Virus record (IMG/VR): IMGVR_UViG_3300005518_000005
DNA length: 53,650 bases
Strand: one strand, 5' to 3'
Source of the DNA: a virus
The notes beneath the pieces were generated by a model. That model was not told the origin of the DNA. It ran no database searches and saw nothing but the letters and a program-made list of their open reading frames with translations. Shown here in pieces: positions 1-8,663 of the stretch. The position numbers and the translations under genes are program-made. The stretch's first letter is position 1; each line of letters starts with the position of its first letter.

Positions 1-60
1 CGCTCGGCAAGGTCAAGGACGAGGAACGGGCTCAGTTCGAGGAGCGTTTGAAGCTGCGCC
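1..60. repeat. Terminal direct repeat, left copy (identical to 53591-53650); signature of a circular assembly / complete genome
   Basis: Bases 1-60 match 53591-53650 letter for letter. The scaffold ORF reads through the junction in frame. Confidence 0.97.
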
Positions 61-74
61 ACCCCGGCGGTTGA
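1..74 (+). CDS. Scaffolding protein, C-terminal tail (continuation of 52669..53650 across the junction; first full codon at 3, stop TGA 72-74)
   Basis: The frame is continuous with the open ORF at the window end (..KDYYKRLALGKVKDEERAQFEERLKLRHPGG*). Confidence 0.7.
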   Translation, partial: LGKVKDEERAQFEERLKLRHPGG

Positions 75-127
75 GCCTCGCTCGCCGCCTTGGGGTGCCC
101 CAACGCGCAACCTCAAGGAGAGCTACC

Positions 128-1180
128 GTGAAGAAGTTCCAGTTCACTGCCATCAGTGCAGCCCTCGGCGCGTTCGTACGCGACGCATTCACCCGCGCGC
201 ACGACGCGTTCATGGCCGGCCCGGCGCATCGCTTGGGCCTCGTGGCCTACGCCGGCGTGCCGCGCGCCTCCGGCGTGCCCGACTACGGGCCGGCGGGCAC
301 GATCAACTTCGACCCCGAGGTCTACTCGGGCAAGCTGGTCGAGAAGTTCTACAAGGCCACCGTGTTCGGCGAGATCGCCTCGACCGACTACGAGGGCGAC
401 ATCGCGGGCTTCGGCGCCCAGGTGAAGATCCGCACGATCCCGGACGTGACGGTCTCGGACTACGTGATCGGCGCGGGCCTGACCGCGCAGTACCCGACGA
501 ACCCCTCGGTCACGCTCGCGATCGACCAAGCCAAGTCGTTCAACGTGGCTCTGTCCACGGTCGACAGCCGGCAATCGGACCTCGACCTCGCGGACGTGTT
601 CGCGAACGACGGCTCGATCCAGCTCAAGATCGCGGCCGACGCCGACATGCTCGAGACGATCCCCGCCGAGGTGTCCGCCGACAACAGTGGCACGACGGCC
701 GGCGCCGACTCGAACAACATCAACCTGGGCGACTCGACCACGCCGGTCGCGGTGGACAAGACCACCGTGGTCGACTTCATGGTCGCGTGCGGTCAGGTGC
801 TGGACGAGCAGAACGTCAGCGACGAGGGCCGCTGGTTCGTGGCCTCGCCCGCGTTCATCGCGGCGATCAAGAAGTCGGACTTGCGCATCGCGTCGCTGGC
901 TGGTGACGGCGTGTCGATCGCGCGCAACGGCAAGGTGGGCGAGATCGACCGGTTCACGGTCTACCAGTCGCGCAACCTGCTCAAGCAGACCTCGCCCGGC
1001 CCGGCCGAGTACATCATGTTCGGCCACAGCGCCGGCCTGACGTTCGCGAGCCAGATCGTGGAATGTCAAATGATTGATAATCCAAATGACTTTGGCTACA
1101 TCATCCGCGGCCTGATGGTCTTCGGCTACCAGGTCATCGGCGCGAACTACGTCGGCACCGCGGTGGTCAAGGTGACCTGA
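128..1180 (+). CDS. Major capsid protein (GTG start at 128; alternative TTG at 71)
   Basis: AAGGAG at 115-120 lies 7 nt before the in-frame GTG. The product is 350 aa with high GC3. It sits directly after the scaffold gene and before a terminator-bounded small gene. Size and composition are typical of coat proteins. Confidence 0.85.
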   Translation: MKKFQFTAISAALGAFVRDAFTRAHDAFMAGPAHRLGLVAYAGVPRASGVPDYGPAGTINFDPEVYSGKLVEKFYKATVFGEIASTDYEGDIAGFGAQVKIRTIPDVTVSDYVIGAGLTAQYPTNPSVTLAIDQAKSFNVALSTVDSRQSDLDLADVFANDGSIQLKIAADADMLETIPAEVSADNSGTTAGADSNNINLGDSTTPVAVDKTTVVDFMVACGQVLDEQNVSDEGRWFVASPAFIAAIKKSDLRIASLAGDGVSIARNGKVGEIDRFTVYQSRNLLKQTSPGPAEYIMFGHSAGLTFASQIVECQMIDNPNDFGYIIRGLMVFGYQVIGANYVGTAVVKVT

Positions 1181-1246
1181 TCCCGGTAGGATGGGGCCTT
1201 CCCCGGCCCCGTCTTCCCGCGCATCCTCAACGCAACAGGAGTTCCC

Positions 1247-1447
1247 ATGAAGACCAGCAACCCCTACGGGATGTCGATCCCGGTCAAGGTTCCGCCCGAG
1301 ACGATCCAAAAGGAGATGTCCCAGGCATCGGGCAAGGCCAAAGCCCGCTACCCGGACACCCCGATCCCCGCCAAGCAGGACAATCCCGCGCAAGGCAAGA
1401 TGGGCCGTCGTGCCTACACCCCCGGCACCACGCCGAGCGGTTCCTGA
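1247..1447 (+). CDS. Small hypothetical protein downstream of capsid gene (possible head accessory)
   Basis: AGGAG upstream of the ATG. 66 aa, Pro/Lys-rich, good GC3. A strong terminator follows it. Confidence 0.6.
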   Translation: MKTSNPYGMSIPVKVPPETIQKEMSQASGKAKARYPDTPIPAKQDNPAQGKMGRRAYTPGTTPSGS

Positions 1448-1472
1448 TTTTTCCCTGAGCAGAAGCCATTTT

Positions 1473-1498
1473 CCGGCGCCCTCGCGGCGCCGGTTTTT
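1473..1498 (+). terminator. Rho-independent terminator after the capsid / small-gene unit
   Basis: 8-bp GC stem CCGGCGCC / GGCGCCGG with a 5-nt loop, followed by TTTTT (1494-1498). Confidence 0.75.
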
Positions 1499-1513
1499 CA
1501 GCAGGAGCCCGCT

Positions 1514-1699
1514 ATGGCGAAGATGCCGATGAAACCCCCGATGAAGCCTCCGATGAAGATGTCGATGAAGACCTTCGAGAGCTCGAAGTTCGACAAGGAG
1601 GCCAAGGGCGAACCCGAGGGCTCCAAGGCCGACAAGGCGCGCGACAAGAAGCAGCTCGCCGCGATCAACAAGAAGCGCATGGCGAAGGCCAAGCACTGA
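1514..1699 (+). CDS. Small highly basic protein with PMKP repeats (hypothetical)
   Basis: AGGAG upstream of the ATG. 61 aa: MAKMPMKPPMKPPMKMSMK.. followed by a Lys-rich tail. Codon usage fits the genome. Confidence 0.6.
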   Translation: MAKMPMKPPMKPPMKMSMKTFESSKFDKEAKGEPEGSKADKARDKKQLAAINKKRMAKAKH

Positions 1700-1726
1700 T
1701 CCCCGACCCGTTCACCCGGAGCCTCC

Positions 1727-2164
1727 ATGAACAACGCCCAAGAGTCGAACCTCTCGCAAGCCCTGCGCAATCGGAAGAAGCAGGACAAGCGCTACCCGCA
1801 CATCGTCAACGTCGACAACGGCCGGCTGCTGCCGAACACGGAGAAGCTGCGCGCGCACCCGAAGTACCGCGTGTACGCCGGCCCGACCGGTCCCGAGGTG
1901 ACGAACGAGCAGCGGCTCGCCTGGGTGCAGGGCCTCATGGAGCGCAACCCGATCAAGGTCGTCAACACGACCGCCGAGATCTTCGACATCGCGAAGGCGT
2001 CGAGCGAGGATCTCGTCGCGTTCGCGCTCGACCAGTACGGCGCCGCGCTGGACGCGACCAAGCCCGCGGCCGCGCTGCGCCGCGAGGTCGCGGCGCTCGC
2101 CGGCCTGCCGGCGCAGGAGATGCCGGTCGCGAGCGGCACCGGCCTGCTCGAGCCGCTGGTCTGA
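1727..2164 (+). CDS. Hypothetical protein (head module)
   Basis: GGAG 5 nt upstream of the ATG. 145 aa, high GC3. Confidence 0.7.
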   Translation: MNNAQESNLSQALRNRKKQDKRYPHIVNVDNGRLLPNTEKLRAHPKYRVYAGPTGPEVTNEQRLAWVQGLMERNPIKVVNTTAEIFDIAKASSEDLVAFALDQYGAALDATKPAAALRREVAALAGLPAQEMPVASGTGLLEPLV

Positions 2165-2176
2165 TCGGCACCCGCC

Positions 2177-2824
2177 GTGCTCGCCTCCGACATCCTCGAC
2201 GAAGCGGCGACCCTGCTGCTCGACACCGCGCACCGCACGTGGAGCGCGGACGAGCTGCTCGGCTACCTCAACGAGGCGATGCGCGCGACGGCGGGCGCGA
2301 AGGCGGACTTCTACACGGTGCAGAACGAGAGCTTCGCGCTCGCCGCCGGCCTCCTGCAGACGCTGCCCGCGGACGGCATCGTGCTAATGAACGTGATGCG
2401 CAACAGCGACGCCACGGGCGGCCGCATCATCTCCCAGGTGGACTCGTCGCTGCTCGACGAGTCGGCGCGGTTCTGGCCGGCGTCCACGCAGGAGCTCCAA
2501 GTCGAGCACTTCACGGCCGACCCGCGCAACCCGCGGCGCTTCAAGGTGTTTCCGCCGGCTGCGCTCGGCGCGACGGTCGAGATCCTCTACAGCGCGGTGC
2601 CGCCGCAGATCATGTACGCCGCCGAGGAGCTGTCGGTGTCGGACGCCTATCAGGCGCCGCTGCTCGAGTTCGTGCTCGGGCGTGCGTACGCGAAGAACTC
2701 GAAGCGGCAGGACTTGGCGAAGGCCAGTGGCTTCACGGCCTCTTGGGGCCAGCGACTCGGCCTCAAGGCCAGCGCGCAGGCCGCCGTGGCGCCGAAGGTT
2801 GCCGTCTCACCGGGAGTCGCGTGA
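2177..2824 (+). CDS. Virion structural protein, head-tail adaptor-like (putative)
   Basis: GTG start. 215 aa. Its stop overlaps the next start (ATGA at 2822-2826). Position is downstream of the capsid gene. The function is a positional guess. Confidence 0.7.
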   Translation: MLASDILDEAATLLLDTAHRTWSADELLGYLNEAMRATAGAKADFYTVQNESFALAAGLLQTLPADGIVLMNVMRNSDATGGRIISQVDSSLLDESARFWPASTQELQVEHFTADPRNPRRFKVFPPAALGATVEILYSAVPPQIMYAAEELSVSDAYQAPLLEFVLGRAYAKNSKRQDLAKASGFTASWGQRLGLKASAQAAVAPKVAVSPGVA

Positions 2825-3501
2825 TGGAGTTCGTCGACGTCTTCAACCAGCTCGAGAACGTCGCGCAGATCGTCCGGCGCTGCCCGACCAATACGCTGCG
2901 CCGGGCCTACGTGCGTGCGCTGCGCGAGTGGTGCTCCGAGACGCTGTGGCTGCGCGAGAACCTCACCGGGCAGACCGAGGCCAACGTGCAGGCGTACGCG
3001 CTCGGCGACGACCCGTACATGGAGATCGTCAACATCGTGGCGATGCAGGGCGTGCTGACGACCGGCGTGCCGGCGCCGCAGTACTGGCCGATCGGCCCGA
3101 GCGACAGCGAGGGATGGGACCCGAACGTGCCGGCAGGCGTGTCCGGTACGTATCAGTATCTGCCGCAGGCGCAGTTCGCGCTGTTCCCGATCCCGAATCA
3201 GGTCTTCGGCCTGACGATCACGATCGCGCTGCAGCCCAAGGAGGGCGCGCAGCAGATCCCCGCGCCGCCGCTGGTCAAGTGGAGCAACGACATCGAGGCC
3301 GGCGCACTCGCCTACCTGCTGTCGATCCCCGGCCAGCCGTGGAGCAATCCGCAGGAGGCCGCGCGCAACAACGCCGTGTTTCGTGCGGCCATCGCCAACG
3401 GCAAGGCGGACGTGCAGCGCGGCTTCAACGTCGGTTCGCAGCGCGCTCGCCCGCGTCCTTTCGTTCAATCCAGGGGCTTCGGCTGGAGCCTCCGTTGGTG
3501 A
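2824..3501 (+). CDS. Hypothetical virion protein
   Basis: ATG 2824 overlaps the upstream TGA. The protein-like part of track ORF 2239..3501 begins here (MEFVDVFNQLENVAQIV..). Confidence 0.75.
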   Translation: MEFVDVFNQLENVAQIVRRCPTNTLRRAYVRALREWCSETLWLRENLTGQTEANVQAYALGDDPYMEIVNIVAMQGVLTTGVPAPQYWPIGPSDSEGWDPNVPAGVSGTYQYLPQAQFALFPIPNQVFGLTITIALQPKEGAQQIPAPPLVKWSNDIEAGALAYLLSIPGQPWSNPQEAARNNAVFRAAIANGKADVQRGFNVGSQRARPRPFVQSRGFGWSLRW

Positions 3502-3510
3502 GGTGACCCC

Positions 3511-4152
3511 ATGCCCTTCGGTATCACGCCGCTCGCCGGCTTCGCGCAACAAGCCCCGACCGAGTTTCCGCAGTTCCTGCAGTGGCAGCAGGATGGCGTG
3601 GATCTCGGGGACAACGCCGTTCAGGTCGTCGACCTCACTGGGGGTCTCATAGGTACGCGCGGGACCGGCGAGAACATCAACACCCTTTCGATCGCGGCAC
3701 CGGATCAGGCGATCCAGTTTCAAAACGCAGGCGTCGACCTGGGGACACCTACGGTCGACACGCTCAACTTCACGGGGCTGGTGACCGCGACCCGCGTCGG
3801 CAACACGGTTACCGCTACCGGGTTGGCGGTCCCGACGTTTACGTGGAATGCACAAGCCGGTGACTATCGTCTGCAGGCTTCGGACGCCGACAACGGGATA
3901 GCAACGACAGGCACCACCGGAATGCAGGCGATCACGATCCCCGATGACACGGAACTCAACGTGCCGGTCGGCACCTCGATTCTGTTCGAACAAGACGGTG
4001 CCGCGCCGATGACCTTCAACCCGGTCTCCGGCGTCACCTTGCATGTGCGTAGCGCCTTCGTTGCCGTCTCGGCGGGCGAGTACTCGATCCTGACGTTGAT
4101 CAAGCGTGCTGCGAATACGTGGGTTCTCTGCGGAGACATGGAGCAGGCATGA
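3511..4152 (+). CDS. Hypothetical virion/tail protein
   Basis: 213 aa, Gly/Thr-rich and beta-looking. ATGA overlap with the next gene. Confidence 0.75.
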   Translation: MPFGITPLAGFAQQAPTEFPQFLQWQQDGVDLGDNAVQVVDLTGGLIGTRGTGENINTLSIAAPDQAIQFQNAGVDLGTPTVDTLNFTGLVTATRVGNTVTATGLAVPTFTWNAQAGDYRLQASDADNGIATTGTTGMQAITIPDDTELNVPVGTSILFEQDGAAPMTFNPVSGVTLHVRSAFVAVSAGEYSILTLIKRAANTWVLCGDMEQA

Positions 4153-4814
4153 TCCCGCGCCGCTCGCTGATCGGGGCGCGCATCCCACACATCATTCCGC
4201 CCCCCGGTGCGATTTTCTATGCGCCGCTGACGCCGCCCACGAACGAAGCAGACATCATCCCGGTTCTGGCCACGCCATCGAACATCGGGCTGCCTGTTTC
4301 GTACAGTGCGGCCGGCGCTTCAATGACGACCGACATCGCATTGCAATGCGAACTTCGGTGGGACGCGGCAAAGTTTGACCTCGGGTTGGCGGCTTATGTT
4401 GGGAAGACCATCACTTTTTCCGTGAATGTCACTGGGGGCACGACCACGGGTTCGGGAACAGGTATAGAGGAGCGAATCGTTCGCTTCGTCGCCGGCAATA
4501 TCAACTACGAGTGCGGCTACTCGTATCAGATGATCGCGGGTGCCCTTCACTTATTCGCGCACACAAATTCCAACGGTGTTGTAGCAGTCACTGACCTGGG
4601 CGCCTTCCCCGGCGCGAACGCTCTGCTGCAGATGGTGATCAACGCGGCGGGCAATCAAGTCGACTACTTCGTGAACGGCGCCTTGGTGGATACTCGGCCG
4701 TTCAACAAGAGCACCGGCGCGGGCAGCAACTTCATCATCGAGACGCCGAATTTGCCCTCGGTGAACGGCTTTCTTGAGATCACGTACAAAAAAGCTTTGA
4801 TTCAGGCGCTTTGA
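4149..4814 (+). CDS. Hypothetical protein, possibly lectin/LamG-like, in a lower-GC patch
   Basis: ATG 4149 overlaps TGA 4150-4152. C-terminal ..QVDYFVNGALVDTRPF.. resembles ConA/LamG-type strands (weak). Visibly AT-richer codons. Confidence 0.65.
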   Translation: MIPRRSLIGARIPHIIPPPGAIFYAPLTPPTNEADIIPVLATPSNIGLPVSYSAAGASMTTDIALQCELRWDAAKFDLGLAAYVGKTITFSVNVTGGTTTGSGTGIEERIVRFVAGNINYECGYSYQMIAGALHLFAHTNSNGVVAVTDLGAFPGANALLQMVINAAGNQVDYFVNGALVDTRPFNKSTGAGSNFIIETPNLPSVNGFLEITYKKALIQAL

Positions 4815-4826
4815 AAGGATCGCTCT

Positions 4827-7211
4827 GTGACCTTGCGCATCGTCAACGCATTCCGCGGCGAAGTGCCGCTCTTGCCGCCGCGTGCGCTCCCTGACAGCGC
4901 AGCGCAGGAGGCGGTCAACGCGCGGCTCTATACGGGCGATCTGACCGCGTTCAAACAGTTCTCGACGACGCACGGCCTCGCCAACCCCGGCACGGTGCGC
5001 ACGATCGCGCTGCTCAAGGACTGGTGGATGTCGTGGGAGTCCGATGTCGACGTGGCGCGCGGCATCGTGCCGGGTGACACGACCTACCGCACGTTCTTGA
5101 CGGGTCTGGACAAACCACGCTTCACGAACCTCGACCTCGCGACCGGCACGCCGAACGGCAGTGCGCCGGAGCCGTATCCCTTCGAGACGCGGCTGCTCGG
5201 CGTACCGCCGCCGGACTCGCCGCCGACTACCGCGGTCGGTGTGGACTCGAACCCCACCTCGTTCTCGATCGACGTGACCGATGACGGCAGCGTATTTGCC
5301 AGCAACTGGGTCGCGTCAGCAGGCCAAGTCGACGTCAGCAACTACACGTCGATTGCTCGTCAGAACAACAGCACGGGCAACCCCGCGCCCTCTTATGAGT
5401 CTGGTGCGGAGAACAACCGGGGCAATCCGGCTTACGGTACACGCGACTTCGGCATTGGAAACACGACGGTCGCGACGATGTCTGTCGACATCATGATGGG
5501 CGACTCGGGCGGCAACGACGGCGGCGAAGTTGTCACGCTGTTCAACGTGGATGCTACGGGAGGCGGAGCACGCATTGGCATGAGCGGCCACTTTGGGAGT
5601 GGAGACTTCGTCGTCTACATCGGTAATGGCGCCGACTTCGGCTCGGGGCTTGGTGCACAAATTGCCAGTGGACCTTGCACTGGCAGCTTGACGCAGTTTG
5701 CTTGGTACACGCTCGAAGTATCGAAAAAGCTCAACAGCGACGGCACGACAACCATCACGGCGAGTCTCAAAAGCGGTGCCACCGTGCTCGGCACGGTGAC
5801 GACCACAAACAACTTCGCCAACGGTGCGCTTTGTGGTTTCATCGCCGCACGCGATGATGACCGCTTCCAGGGCTTTTACGACAACTGGCATGTTCAGGCC
5901 AGCGGCTCGACAAGCTACAACCCGGTCAACATCGCGACAAACTACGTCTACACGTTCGTCAACGATTTCAGCGAAGAGAGTGCGCCGTCGCTTCCGTCGC
6001 CCACAATCCTGCGCCCTGATGGCGTCAGCGTGACCATCACGACGCCGACTGGCGAGCCGACCGGCATCGATGGCGACTACCACATCACGACCAAACGCAT
6101 CTACCGTGCGGCCACCGGCAGCGCCGGTACTGCGTATCGGTTCGTGGCCGAGATCCCGATCTCCCAAGCGGACTACGTCGACACGCTGACTGACGCCGAG
6201 CTCGGCGAAGTGCTGCAGTCGGACATCTGGGCGTTGCCGCCGGATGACCTCGAGGGCATCCTCGCGCTACCCAATGGCGTGATGGTGGGCTTTCGGCGCA
6301 ACCAACTCTGTTTCAGCGTGCAGAACCAGCCGCATGCGTGGCCGGTCGAGTACCGGCTCAACACCGACACGGACATCGTCGGCATCGGCAACGTCGACAC
6401 GACGGTGGTGATCGGCACCAAGAGCTTTCTCTACACCGCGAGCGGCAATGACCCAGCGGCGTACAGCATGAGCAAGTTCGAGGTGCCCTACGCGGCATCG
6501 AGCAAGCGCAGCTTCGCCTATGTGACGGGGCTCGGTGTCGTGTTCAGCGGCCCGGACGGCTTGATGGCGTCGACCGGGCCGGGGCAACCGCGCAACCTCA
6601 CACAGTCGGTGTTCACGCGCCGACAGTGGCAGGCGCTCGACCCGACCAGCATCCGCAGTGTCTCGCACAACGACATCTATTTCATGTTCTGGGAGAGCGC
6701 GAGCGCCCGCGGCTGCTACGCAGTGGATCTACGCAACGAAGGTTTCGGGATCGTGCAGATGGCGTTCCACGCGAGTGCGGCGTATGTCGACCCGATCGAG
6801 GACAAGATGTACCTCGTGCTCGACTACGACAACGAGCCGGACGACGAGGCGCTGCCCGAGCCGGCGTCTCCCCCGCCCTATGTCGATGGGCGCACGATCT
6901 ACGAGTTTGAAGGCTCGCCCACCGCGTACATGAATTACCGGTGGCGCTCCAAGCTGTACCTGATGGAGTACCCCGGGTTCTATCCAATCGCCCAGGTGCG
7001 CCGCGCAAGCGATGCGGACGGCACGCAGGGTAATCTCGTGGCGCGGTTCTATGGTGACGGCGTGTTGCTCGACGAGATCGTGATCGACGGAGACATCGAG
7101 TTCACGCTCACGTCGCCAGATGCGGCGTACAGCAAGTTCTTCATGGAGCTGACAGGCACTGACCCGATCAACGTGCTCCAAGCCGCCGATGACGTGACGG
7201 AGCTGCGCTGA
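4827..7211 (+). CDS. Large tail (nozzle/tubular-type) virion protein, 794 aa
   Basis: GTG start with AAAGGA 7 nt upstream. Long, high-GC3 ORF in the tail module. TGATG overlap with the next gene. Confidence 0.8.
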   Translation: MTLRIVNAFRGEVPLLPPRALPDSAAQEAVNARLYTGDLTAFKQFSTTHGLANPGTVRTIALLKDWWMSWESDVDVARGIVPGDTTYRTFLTGLDKPRFTNLDLATGTPNGSAPEPYPFETRLLGVPPPDSPPTTAVGVDSNPTSFSIDVTDDGSVFASNWVASAGQVDVSNYTSIARQNNSTGNPAPSYESGAENNRGNPAYGTRDFGIGNTTVATMSVDIMMGDSGGNDGGEVVTLFNVDATGGGARIGMSGHFGSGDFVVYIGNGADFGSGLGAQIASGPCTGSLTQFAWYTLEVSKKLNSDGTTTITASLKSGATVLGTVTTTNNFANGALCGFIAARDDDRFQGFYDNWHVQASGSTSYNPVNIATNYVYTFVNDFSEESAPSLPSPTILRPDGVSVTITTPTGEPTGIDGDYHITTKRIYRAATGSAGTAYRFVAEIPISQADYVDTLTDAELGEVLQSDIWALPPDDLEGILALPNGVMVGFRRNQLCFSVQNQPHAWPVEYRLNTDTDIVGIGNVDTTVVIGTKSFLYTASGNDPAAYSMSKFEVPYAASSKRSFAYVTGLGVVFSGPDGLMASTGPGQPRNLTQSVFTRRQWQALDPTSIRSVSHNDIYFMFWESASARGCYAVDLRNEGFGIVQMAFHASAAYVDPIEDKMYLVLDYDNEPDDEALPEPASPPPYVDGRTIYEFEGSPTAYMNYRWRSKLYLMEYPGFYPIAQVRRASDADGTQGNLVARFYGDGVLLDEIVIDGDIEFTLTSPDAAYSKFFMELTGTDPINVLQAADDVTELR

Positions 7212-8362
7212 TGGCACTTGGTCGTCCTGCGATCAGCGAGGGCTCGGCCCGCGATCTGCGTTCGACGATCGCGGTGCTCGGTGCCATTCGTGCGCGCATT
7301 CAGGCGATCGAGAACTCGCTTGGCACAGTCAGCGACACCGCAGCGGCATCCTCGAGCGCGAACAGCACGCAGCTCAGCGCGCTACGCCAGCAGCTTCAAG
7401 CGCTGCAGTCCAAGGTCGATCAGATCCTCGCGACGATCGGGAACACCAACGACGATGTTGTCTATACCGCCGCGGAAGTAATCAGTCTTGGCCAGGGGGT
7501 GGTTGCGCTGTCCGAGACGACGGCGGGCGCGGCCGACCCGAGCGATCCGACGCGTCTGTTCACGGCTATCGGCGTGGCGATCAATTCGGCCAGCGCGGGG
7601 CATTCCGTCACCGTGCGCCGCCGAGGCGTGCTCACGATCCCCGGCGCTTCGTTCACCGTGCAACGTGCGGTGTATGCCTCCGTGACCGGCCTGACGCAGA
7701 CCCCAGACTACGACGCAACGGCGCTGCCGCTTGGCGTCGCGCTTGGAGCGACACAAATCTATGTCGATCCGGGCTGGCCGGCGCTGATGCTCCCCTTCGC
7801 CTCATCCTCGGGGATCGAGGAGTTGTACGAGTCCTATCTACCGGTCACATATCGGCTGCTACTGGCGACTCTTGACCTCGGCGCGCAGATCGCCGCGCTG
7901 CCGTACTCCAGTGGCATCCCGGTTGGCGCCATGGTGCCTGTTGAGATCGGCGGCGTTGCGCTTCGCGTATCTGCGAGTGACTTCGGAGGCGGCGGAGACC
8001 TCACAGCGCAGATTTTGGCGTTGCCTTTCTCTAGCGGGTTGCCAAACAACGGTGTTGTTCCTGTCGAAGCCGGCGGCGTGACGTACCGCGTAGCGACTAC
8101 GGATTTGACTGATCTCGGCGCGCTGATCGCGGCACTCCCCTTCAGTAGCGGTGCGGATGACTCCGCAATGGTTCCGATCGAGATCGCCGGCATCGGCCTA
8201 CGTGTCGCTGCGAACGATATTGGCAATCGAAGCGGTACCTTCACGTTGGCATCACTCGCCCCCGCTCCAGTAGCCTATGGGCACCGCTGGTTCGATTTGA
8301 GCGCCGGAATCGAGTACACGTGGATGAGCGATGGTAATTCTGGTCAGTGGGTAGAGATGTGA
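7211..8362 (+). CDS. Tail fibre protein with three internal ~39-aa repeats
   Basis: N-terminal coiled-coil-like region. Three repeats of the form ..AALP(Y/F)SSG..VP(V/I)E..G...RV... The C-terminal end is ..GIEYTWMSDGNSGQWVEM. Confidence 0.8.
   Translation: MALGRPAISEGSARDLRSTIAVLGAIRARIQAIENSLGTVSDTAAASSSANSTQLSALRQQLQALQSKVDQILATIGNTNDDVVYTAAEVISLGQGVVALSETTAGAADPSDPTRLFTAIGVAINSASAGHSVTVRRRGVLTIPGASFTVQRAVYASVTGLTQTPDYDATALPLGVALGATQIYVDPGWPALMLPFASSSGIEELYESYLPVTYRLLLATLDLGAQIAALPYSSGIPVGAMVPVEIGGVALRVSASDFGGGGDLTAQILALPFSSGLPNNGVVPVEAGGVTYRVATTDLTDLGALIAALPFSSGADDSAMVPIEIAGIGLRVAANDIGNRSGTFTLASLAPAPVAYGHRWFDLSAGIEYTWMSDGNSGQWVEM
7874..8224 (+). repeat. Three tandem ~117-bp coding repeats inside the tail fibre gene
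   Basis: DLGAQIAALPYSSGIPVGAMVPVEIGGVALRVSASD / DLTAQILALPFSSGLPNNGVVPVEAGGVTYRVATTD / DLGALIAALPFSSGADDSAMVPIEIAGIGLRVAAND. Confidence 0.85.
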
Positions 8363-8457
8363 TCGACTTTCCAACTTCACCGACCGTTGGGCAAACCTAT
8401 ACCTACGCCGGGCGCACATGGCAATGGACGGGTAGCGGCTGGACGCGCACAGCATGA
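8359..8457 (+). CDS. 32-aa orphan tail-fibre N-terminal motif ORF (possible relic)
   Basis: GTG overlaps the upstream TGA (GTGA). The product is VIDFPTSPTVGQTYTYAGRTWQWTGSGWTRTA*. Its stop overlaps the next ATG. Not in the ORF track because it is under 60 aa. Confidence 0.4.
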   Translation: MIDFPTSPTVGQTYTYAGRTWQWTGSGWTRTA

Positions 8458-8663
8458 TTGACTTTCCTTCATCGCCGACGGTGGGGCAAACCTATGTGTT
8501 TGGTGCTCGCACTTGGCAATGGAACGGCTCGGGCTGGGCGCGTCTCGTCAATGCCGGGCAGATCGTTTCCGTGTTCGTATTGCTCTCGCCGATCAATCTA
8601 GACTCGGCTATCGCACTGCCGATCCCGATCACAACCACTTGGACACAACTCAACTATGTCTAG
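8454..8663 (+). CDS. Small tail-fibre-motif protein (69 aa)
   Basis: MIDFPSSPTVGQTYVFGARTWQWNGSGWARL.. repeats the motif of the preceding micro-ORF. It overlaps the next gene by 8 nt. Confidence 0.5.
   Translation: MIDFPSSPTVGQTYVFGARTWQWNGSGWARLVNAGQIVSVFVLLSPINLDSAIALPIPITTTWTQLNYV

Noticed and set aside
1193-1210. GGGGCC-N6-GGCCCC hairpin after the capsid stop, as a possible terminator.
   Set aside because: No T-run follows it, and the next gene is only 37 nt away. The convincing terminator for this unit is at 1473-1498.
113-1696. 527-aa minus-strand ORF covering the capsid region. Similar very long antisense or off-frame ORFs are 11790..13763, 14288..17233, 19029..20519, 47822..49513 and 50359..52248.
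   Set aside because: Their translations are Arg/Ala/Gly/His-rich with no protein-like pattern. They lie antisense to genes with clear domains and good GC3. In high-GC DNA, stop-poor alternative frames are expected.
2239-2823. N-terminal 195-aa extension of track ORF 2239..3501.
   Set aside because: The extension is Arg/Gly/Ala-rich and overlaps the well-formed gene 2177..2824 in another frame. The real start is ATG 2824, coupled to the upstream stop.
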